Positions 57,648 to 64,000 of a DNA stretch of 64,000 bases are shown here, piece by piece (within the stretch, counting starts at the first letter, position 1; each line of letters starts with the position of its first letter). Both the position numbers and the translations under genes were made by a program. This DNA comes from Alphaproteobacteria bacterium. GTDB lineage: Bacteria; Pseudomonadota; Alphaproteobacteria; JACZXZ01. Below the pieces are notes generated by a model that was given only the letters and a program-made list of their open reading frames with translations, searched no databases and was not told the origin of the DNA. The stretch is taken from contig JBKQRV010000145.1 of NCBI GenBank assembly GCA_052143835.1, positions 1,960 through 65,959 of the forward strand. Direction: 5' to 3'.

Positions 57648-58817
57648 ATGGACCTAGCGCTGTCAGAGCAAGACCGGGAGCTGCAGGCCAAAGCGCGGAC
57701 CTTCGCAGAGGAGCACCTCTTCCCCAACGAGATGGCGATCGAGGACCATGGACGACTTCCGGACGAGCTTCGCGCCAAAATTGGCAAGGCTGTCCTCGCC
57801 AAAGGATTGAACGCCATCAATCACGCCCGCGAGGATGGTGGCCAAGGATTGACGCTGTTTCAGCAGACGCTTGTCAATGAAGAGCTTGGAAAATCCACGG
57901 GCGGGATATGGGCCGCCGTTTGGCAGCCCGCTTGTGCATTGAAACACGGGAACGAGGCGCAAAAGCGGGACTATCTCCTGCCCAGCTGCCGAGGCGAGCG
58001 TAACTATTGCTTCGCGATAAGCGAGCGCGAGGCAGGCTCCGACCCGCGGCGCGTTCAGACGACGGCGCGGAGGAATGGCGGGAAATATTATCTTTCGGGC
58101 GAGAAATGGTTCGTCACGCATGGCGATATTGCGGATTTCATCATCGTACATGCGCACGTGGATGGCGATCCTAAAAAGCCCACACTTTTTTTGGTCGATA
58201 AGAACCGGGCGGGGGTCACGATAAAGAGAGTACCTAAATTCATGCACAACTTTATATCGGAGCATCCTGAGATGGTGTTTCAAGATGTTGAGCTCGGCGA
58301 AGAGTCGGTGCTTGGCGGGGTGGGGCAGGGTTTTGAGCTTACCAAGGACTGGTTCGTCGAGACTCGCCTCAAGATCGCGAGTCACACGGTCGGTGCCGCC
58401 ATTCGCGCCACCGAGATCGCCAACCGCTACGCCTCGGAGCGCATCCAATTCGGACGCCGAATCAATGAGTTTCAAGGCGTCGAGTTCATGCTCGTGGACA
58501 TGACCATGGAAATCATGGCGGCCAAGAGCATGCTTTATCGCGTGGCTTGGCAACTCACCACAGAGCAGGACCGGAAACTGGCGCATGCTCGTGCGAGTGC
58601 GGTCAAGCTCTACTGCTCGGAAATGGCTGGGCGTGTCGTGGACAAGGCCCTGCAGATATTGGGCGGGCGTGGCTATATGCGGGAGAATCCGGTCGAAAGG
58701 CTGTTTCGCGACCTCCGAGTCGACCGGATATGGGAAGGCACTTCCGAAATTCAGCGCGTGATCATAGGCAGTCAGATCAAGAAGCGCGGCCTTGCCGTCT
58801 ATACGGATTGGATGTGA
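57648..58817 (+). CDS. Acyl-CoA dehydrogenase
   Basis: Motifs FAISEREAGSD, GEKWFVT, RIQFGR and RVDRIWEGTSEIQR. Confidence 0.93.
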   Translation: MDLALSEQDRELQAKARTFAEEHLFPNEMAIEDHGRLPDELRAKIGKAVLAKGLNAINHAREDGGQGLTLFQQTLVNEELGKSTGGIWAAVWQPACALKHGNEAQKRDYLLPSCRGERNYCFAISEREAGSDPRRVQTTARRNGGKYYLSGEKWFVTHGDIADFIIVHAHVDGDPKKPTLFLVDKNRAGVTIKRVPKFMHNFISEHPEMVFQDVELGEESVLGGVGQGFELTKDWFVETRLKIASHTVGAAIRATEIANRYASERIQFGRRINEFQGVEFMLVDMTMEIMAAKSMLYRVAWQLTTEQDRKLAHARASAVKLYCSEMAGRVVDKALQILGGRGYMRENPVERLFRDLRVDRIWEGTSEIQRVIIGSQIKKRGLAVYTDWM

Positions 58818-58848
58818 GCGACGGAATGTGACAGGAGCATGCGCAGAA

Positions 58849-59673
58849 ATGACATATGAATGTATCCGGAAGCGCATCGAGGGAAAGGTGGGCATCATCA
58901 CCTTCGATCGGCCTCGCGTGCTGAACGCCTTTAACCAAACGCTGATCCATGAGACGAGCGACGCGTTGCAGAGCCTCGTCGCCGATCCGCACGTGTCCGC
59001 GATAGTCCTACACGGCGCCGGCCGCGCCTTTTCGGCCGGCTTTGATCTCAAGGAGTCGGCGCAACGCAAGATCGAGGGTACCGACGCATGGCGTCGTCTT
59101 CTGATGGAAGACTTCGAATTCATCATCCAATTCTGGGATTGCCCCAAGCCCACGATTGCCGCGGTGCACGGCTACTGTCTCGCCGGCGCCTTCGAGCTGG
59201 CACTGGCTTGTGACATTACGGTAGCCGCGGAAGGAACCCGCTTCGGCGAGCCCGAGGTGCGTTTCGGCTCCGGCATCGTCGCCATGTTACTTCCGTGGAT
59301 GACGACGCCGAAAATTGCGAAGGAGCTGCTGCTTACCGGCGTCGATAGCGTCGACGCCTCGCGGGCGCTCGACATGGGGATTGTCAATCACGTGGTGCCA
59401 GCGGGTCAGGAGTTCGAGAAAGCAATGGCGATCGCCGGCGATTTGGTGGCCGCAGCACCGCTGTCCGTCCAGCTCACGAAACAAGCGATCAATCGAAGCT
59501 ATGAGGTTATGGGAATGCGCCAGGCGCTGCTGGCGTCTCTCGACACGGATTTGATCATAGAGAGCGCAATGGGGCCGGAAAGGGTCGAATTCAACCGTAT
59601 ACGCCAGGAGCACGGCCTCAAGGCTGCGATTGCCTGGCGCGACACCCGTTTCGGCGCCGCGACGAAACCGTGA
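58849..59673 (+). CDS. Enoyl-CoA hydratase/isomerase
   Basis: Motifs FSAGFDL, GYCLAGAFELALACD and FGEPEVRFG. Confidence 0.9.
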   Translation: MTYECIRKRIEGKVGIITFDRPRVLNAFNQTLIHETSDALQSLVADPHVSAIVLHGAGRAFSAGFDLKESAQRKIEGTDAWRRLLMEDFEFIIQFWDCPKPTIAAVHGYCLAGAFELALACDITVAAEGTRFGEPEVRFGSGIVAMLLPWMTTPKIAKELLLTGVDSVDASRALDMGIVNHVVPAGQEFEKAMAIAGDLVAAAPLSVQLTKQAINRSYEVMGMRQALLASLDTDLIIESAMGPERVEFNRIRQEHGLKAAIAWRDTRFGAATKP

Positions 59674-61835
59674 GCAGTGAAACTGGAACGGAGCCAAGCG
59701 CGCCGGAGACACGTCGCGACCCAGTCGCGACGATGCTGCGGGCGCGCTCCATTGCCGTGATCGGCGCCAGCGCGAAGGAAGACAGCTTCGGCTACAACGT
59801 CGTGAATTATCTGACGAGCACCGGCTATCACGGTGAGATATACCCAGTAACGCCTCGCTACCAGAGCATCGGGGATCTTCGCTGCTATTCATCGATCGCC
59901 GACGCGCCGCAGCCGGTCGATTGCGCCATTCTCGCGATCGCGGATCAGCGCCTGGAGGCAGCACTTGAAGCGGCCATCTCAGCAGGTGCGCGCTCTGCCG
60001 TGATATTCGGCACGGCGGTCGAAGACGGTGCCGCCAACCGGAAAATCTTGACGGAACGTTTGGCCGCGATGGGACGCGAGGCGGGAATCGCGATGTGCGG
60101 GCCCAATTGCATGGGCTTTCTCAATTTTATTGATCCCGTCATGGTCGGCGGCTGGCCTTATAAATATCCGCCACCGGCTGGTCATATCGGCTTCGTCACG
60201 CATAGCGGATCGTCCTATTCGGCCTTTGCACTCAATCAGCGCCAGCTGGGAATGAATTACATGATCTCCTCTGGCCTGGAGCTGGTGACGACTGCGGCGG
60301 ATTACATCCAGTTTCTGACGGCCCAACCCGAAACACGCGCGATTGGCTGCATCCTGGAGACGGCGCGCGCACCGGAGAGGTTCCTTGCGGCCCTCGAGGA
60401 AGCCGATCGACGCGGCATTCCGATCGTTGTCCTCAAGCTCGGCCGCTCAGAGCATGGGCGCGCCATGAGCCGCGCCCATAGCGGCGCCCTGGCGGGCACA
60501 CATGCCGCCTATCGTGCGGTCTTCGAGAAGCATAACGTCGTCGCAGTCGAAACGCTCGACGAGCTGGCTGATACCCTGGAGGTGCTCGCATGCGGTCGCG
60601 TTCCGACGACAGAGGCGATTGGACTTGCGACTGATTCGGGAGGCGAGCGCTCCATGATCGTGGATCTCGCGACCGATTTTGGTATCAAATTCGCGCCTTT
60701 AACCGAGGAGACTACACGCATCTTGAGTGCAACGCTTGATCCCGGATTGGCCCCAATCAATCCGGTCGATTTGTGGGGGACGGGCCACAATCACGAGCAG
60801 ATTGCCGAAACTTGCATCCAGGCGCTCGCAGATGATCCCGGGGTCGGTCAAGTCATTTTTGCTAACAATATGCTTAGCGGACGACCCCTTCTTCGAACCT
60901 GGTGCAACGTCATTGAACGTGTGCATGCCAGAACGGCGAAGCCCGTCATGGCGATGGCCAACCTGACGAGCGCGATCGACCGCAGCGAAGCGGCGCGGTT
61001 GCGTTCCGTCGGCATGCCGGTGCTCATGGGCACCAGAGCCGGCCTCGTTGCTGTTGCGGCGCTCGCTGAATGGCACAGGCGGCGGCGCGACCGGCGCGCC
61101 CAGCAGCTACCCGCTATCGAACTTAAGGTGGGCGAGCGATGGCGCTCTCGGCTTGCCGGTGGCGGTCCAACCCCCGACTTGGCGGAAGGCCTGCGTCTCG
61201 CAAGAGATTTCGGCTGTTGTACCGTCGAGGACCGAATCGCCGAAACACCGGACCAAGTGATCGCCGCGGCTGAGACCCTGGGCTTTCCTGTGGTCGTGAA
61301 GACGTTGGCTGCGGGACTCGATCACAAATCCGATCATGGCGGCGTCGCGCTCGGATTGCGGGATACGCAGAGTTTGTCGCGTGCCTATACGGATATGCGC
61401 GAGCGACTTGGGCCGAGGGTGCTTGTTCAGTCGGAAGCCCCACCCGGCAGCGAACTATTTATTGGTATGACATTGGACGAGCAGTTCGGCCCACTAGTTA
61501 CGATTGGCCTTGGTGGCATTTTCGTCGAGATACTTAAAGACGTGATCACCTTTCTTCCGCCGATCGGTGTCGAGACCGCATGCGACTATTTGCGTCGCCT
61601 GAAGAGTTTTCGTCTACTTGATGGTGCGCGAGGGCACGCAAAGGCGGATTTGATCGCGGTCGGCGAAATGATTTCGAGATTTAGCGTGCTCGCGGTTTCG
61701 CTTGGCGATTGCCTCAAGGAGATGGATGTCAATCCTGTCATTGCCGGCCCGTCGGGCGCATGGGCCGTGGATGCACTCGTTATCCCTCGACCGCCGCATG
61801 AAGCGGCTTACTCCCACATCGACCGCCACGCCTGA
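59670..61835 (+). CDS. Acyl-CoA ligase (ADP-forming), fused alpha/beta
   Basis: Motifs SIAVIGAS, GPNCMG, SHSG-like AHSGALAG, NPVDL, HKSDHGGV and EMDVNPVI. Confidence 0.92.
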   Translation: MSSETGTEPSAPETRRDPVATMLRARSIAVIGASAKEDSFGYNVVNYLTSTGYHGEIYPVTPRYQSIGDLRCYSSIADAPQPVDCAILAIADQRLEAALEAAISAGARSAVIFGTAVEDGAANRKILTERLAAMGREAGIAMCGPNCMGFLNFIDPVMVGGWPYKYPPPAGHIGFVTHSGSSYSAFALNQRQLGMNYMISSGLELVTTAADYIQFLTAQPETRAIGCILETARAPERFLAALEEADRRGIPIVVLKLGRSEHGRAMSRAHSGALAGTHAAYRAVFEKHNVVAVETLDELADTLEVLACGRVPTTEAIGLATDSGGERSMIVDLATDFGIKFAPLTEETTRILSATLDPGLAPINPVDLWGTGHNHEQIAETCIQALADDPGVGQVIFANNMLSGRPLLRTWCNVIERVHARTAKPVMAMANLTSAIDRSEAARLRSVGMPVLMGTRAGLVAVAALAEWHRRRRDRRAQQLPAIELKVGERWRSRLAGGGPTPDLAEGLRLARDFGCCTVEDRIAETPDQVIAAAETLGFPVVVKTLAAGLDHKSDHGGVALGLRDTQSLSRAYTDMRERLGPRVLVQSEAPPGSELFIGMTLDEQFGPLVTIGLGGIFVEILKDVITFLPPIGVETACDYLRRLKSFRLLDGARGHAKADLIAVGEMISRFSVLAVSLGDCLKEMDVNPVIAGPSGAWAVDALVIPRPPHEAAYSHIDRHA

Positions 61836-61955
61836 AAGACGCCCACCATGACCTCGAGCGCATCGAGAACCGAAATACTGGCCTGCAATTTTGCGTCACG
61901 CTGCGCGAAGATGTGAATCAAGGCACCGCTGTCGCGGCGCGCAGTGGCCCACAGG

Positions 61956-62942
61956 TCATTGGCCGACCGGCGTCGCATTGACCGCGAGGCTCGGCCGTTG
62001 CGGATAGATTCGGCGATACACTGAGCGTTGATAGTCGCCACTGATGAACGGGGTAAAATCTGCAGGCGCATCGCTGAAGAGCGGCTTGACGACCGTATCG
62101 TAATTGGGGTTGACGAAGAGCGGGATCGAATAGCGGTCGCGGCCATAGCGGTTGATTACCCGATGGGGCGTGGACGAGAATCGGCCGTTCGTCCAGATCT
62201 GCATGATATTGCCGAGGTTAATCACATAAGCGCCCCTAATCGGCGGCACGACCACCCATTCGCCACTCTTGTTGAGGATCTCGAGCCCACCGACGTCATC
62301 TTGCCAGAGAATGGTGAAGGCCCCGGAATCCGAATGACCGACCACACCGATCTCCTTGACGTGCTCCGGCGCATCCTGCGCCGGGTAGTGATTGAGCTTC
62401 AGCATCATCATGGGGTCGTTGAACATCGGCGCGAAGAAATCGTGCGAAAGTTCGAGCGCTGCAGCAAAGCCGGGTAACATGGCTCGCGCGAGCTGCTCGA
62501 CCACGACGAAGTAGTCCAGCATCGCGCGCTTGAAACCCGGCATCCCCTGCGGCCATTGATTAGGGCCATACATCGGGCAAGTGTCACTTAGGGGGCGCTC
62601 ATGGAAAATAATAAAGGCTTCCTGTAGATTGTCGCCCTCGTCGATCTCGCCCTTATATTTGAGCGGCAAGTAGCCGCGGAACTGCCGGGAATTCTCGATC
62701 GCCACCTTCAGCCTGTCCTCGAGGGGTTGCGCGAAGAATCGCGCAGCCTCGTCGATCAGCCGCTCGAGAGCATCACGGGGTACTCCATGGTTGATCACCT
62801 GGATGAAACCGACCTCGCTGCATGCCTTTGCAAGCGCGGCAACCGTACCGCGCGCGTGGGTAAGACCGCCTTTCATCAGTGGTCCGATATCCACCACGGG
62901 GACTTCCGAGAAATCCAGGCGGCGTGATGGTGGCATCGTCAT
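61956..62942 (-). CDS. 2OG-Fe(II) oxygenase, isopenicillin N synthase family
   Basis: VPVVDI, GF.QVINHGV, HxD (GHSD), distal His (TPHRV) and RxS (RYSIP). Confidence 0.92.
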   Translation of the reverse strand: MTMPPSRRLDFSEVPVVDIGPLMKGGLTHARGTVAALAKACSEVGFIQVINHGVPRDALERLIDEAARFFAQPLEDRLKVAIENSRQFRGYLPLKYKGEIDEGDNLQEAFIIFHERPLSDTCPMYGPNQWPQGMPGFKRAMLDYFVVVEQLARAMLPGFAAALELSHDFFAPMFNDPMMMLKLNHYPAQDAPEHVKEIGVVGHSDSGAFTILWQDDVGGLEILNKSGEWVVVPPIRGAYVINLGNIMQIWTNGRFSSTPHRVINRYGRDRYSIPLFVNPNYDTVVKPLFSDAPADFTPFISGDYQRSVYRRIYPQRPSLAVNATPVGQ

Positions 62943-63277
62943 TTTGCGCTTCCCTCGATCGATTGCAGTCGAGGAGGCGTAGGCTGATCGCGCCAGTTTA
63001 ATCCAATAATATGCCTCGACAAGTGCGTTGTAAGTGCGCTGCATGGTAAGCGCTGTTCTGGCGCTACCGAGACATCTCCGCTGCCAGATCTCGCAAGGGC
63101 GTCGCCGGCGGCCGGTCGAGTACGATTTCGAGGGTGGCCCCCCGCCGCTCGATCCGGACTCCCTCAACGTTCATTTTTCGGTTTCCTCTGATCGATCGCG
63201 TCGCGCTATCGACATACCGGGTGTGGTTAGTTCATCATACCCACAAGTAACCGCTTAAGTGAGACAGGTTTTCGCGC

Positions 63278-64000
63278 ATGAACTCAGCCAGCATCTTCGC
63301 TCCCGGTCTTTTTGCCGGCTGCAAGGTCCTCGTGACGGGTGGTGGTACGGGCATCGGATTCGCGATCGCGAGCGAGTTCGGTGGCCTCGGGGCTTCGGTC
63401 GTGATTGCGGGCCGGACCGTCGAGACGCTCGAGAAGGCAGCCGGAATCCTAGCGAGCCGGGGGATTGCCGCCTCCGCGCTACCGCTCAACATCCGCAAAG
63501 AGGGAGAGGTCGCCGGACTGTTCGACCAGCTCGAGCGGCTTGCACTCTTTCCCGATATTCTAGTTAATAACGCCGGCGGTCAGTTTGCCAGGCAAGCGCT
63601 GGACATCTCGGCCAACGGATTCCGCGCGGTGGTCGATCTCAATCTCAATGGAACTTGGCACATGTGCCAGGCCTTCGCCACCCGCGCAGTAGCGCGCGGA
63701 TCCGGCGGCACCATCATCAACATCGTCTTGTCGGCCGAGTCCGGATCGCCCGGCTTCGCCCATTCGGCTGCCGCTCGTGCGGGGGTAATCAATCTCACCA
63801 AGACGCTAGCGATCGAATGGGCACGCCACGGCATCCGCGTCAATGCCGTCGCTCCTGGCACGATCGAAACGGCCGCGCTAGAGCAATATCACAAGGCGAA
63901 CACCCGGGCTGCGATTGCTCGCCTGCCCGTAAAGCGCATAGGGAGGCCCTTGGAAGTTGCTTGGGCCGTAGCCTTTCTCGCCTCGCGCGGCGGCGAATAC
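63278..64000 (+). CDS. SDR, enoyl/dienoyl-CoA reductase-like; runs off the window
   Basis: Hand translation MNSASIFAPGLFAGCKVLVTGGGTGIG...NNAGGQF...AHSAAARAGVINLTKTLAIEWA. No stop in the window, so it is absent from the ORF track. Confidence 0.88.
   Translation, partial: MNSASIFAPGLFAGCKVLVTGGGTGIGFAIASEFGGLGASVVIAGRTVETLEKAAGILASRGIAASALPLNIRKEGEVAGLFDQLERLALFPDILVNNAGGQFARQALDISANGFRAVVDLNLNGTWHMCQAFATRAVARGSGGTIINIVLSAESGSPGFAHSAAARAGVINLTKTLAIEWARHGIRVNAVAPGTIETAALEQYHKANTRAAIARLPVKRIGRPLEVAWAVAFLASRGGEY

Noticed and set aside
2058-59153. Long antisense ORFs (e.g. 2058-3674, 20821-22029, 29134-30537, 44863-45918, 57663-59153)
   Set aside because: Shadow ORFs opposite well-supported genes, expected in high-GC DNA; no motifs.
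61956-62942. Beta-lactam biosynthesis (true IPNS)
   Set aside because: No ACV synthetase/NRPS; only generic 2OG-Fe(II) motifs.

Overview
This is a GC-rich accessory region, probably alphaproteobacterial (a GAAC-N7-GAAC SOS box is present). It looks like a mosaic catabolic island. At the left end are the 3' part of a large serine recombinase that reads through a tRNA-fMet-like att sequence, a UvrD/Rep helicase with an SOS box, and an LLM/F420-type oxidoreductase. Several catabolic modules follow. (A) 5-20 kb: a FadR-type regulator with Liv-type ABC and TRAP transporters, two SCP2-like + alpha/beta-hydrolase pairs, an atypical amidohydrolase, a CMD protein, a cupin and an ICL/PEP-mutase-family lyase. 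(B) 23.6-41.3 kb: a GntR-associated CoA-dependent beta-oxidation-like cluster with BadH/BadI-like enzymes, an Ltp2-like aldolase + DUF35, an AMACR-like racemase and amidohydrolases. (C) 42.7-57.5 kb: an orphan solute-binding protein, an enolase + OCD pair, and a Dpp-type ABC / flavoenzyme / M24 operon. (D) 57.6-64 kb: ACAD, crotonase, ADP-forming ligase, 2OG oxygenase and SDR. The junctions contain IS256, ISL3, IS1595, IS630, IS3 and IS1380 remnants and gene stumps. The most striking non-coding signals are four copies of a 36-bp 15-6-15 inverted repeat at module boundaries (candidate recombination sites) and a ~112-bp inverted duplication of a promoter/operator region. No rRNA, intact tRNA or CRISPR array was seen. 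Products are family-level calls from motifs read by eye; no database searches were run.
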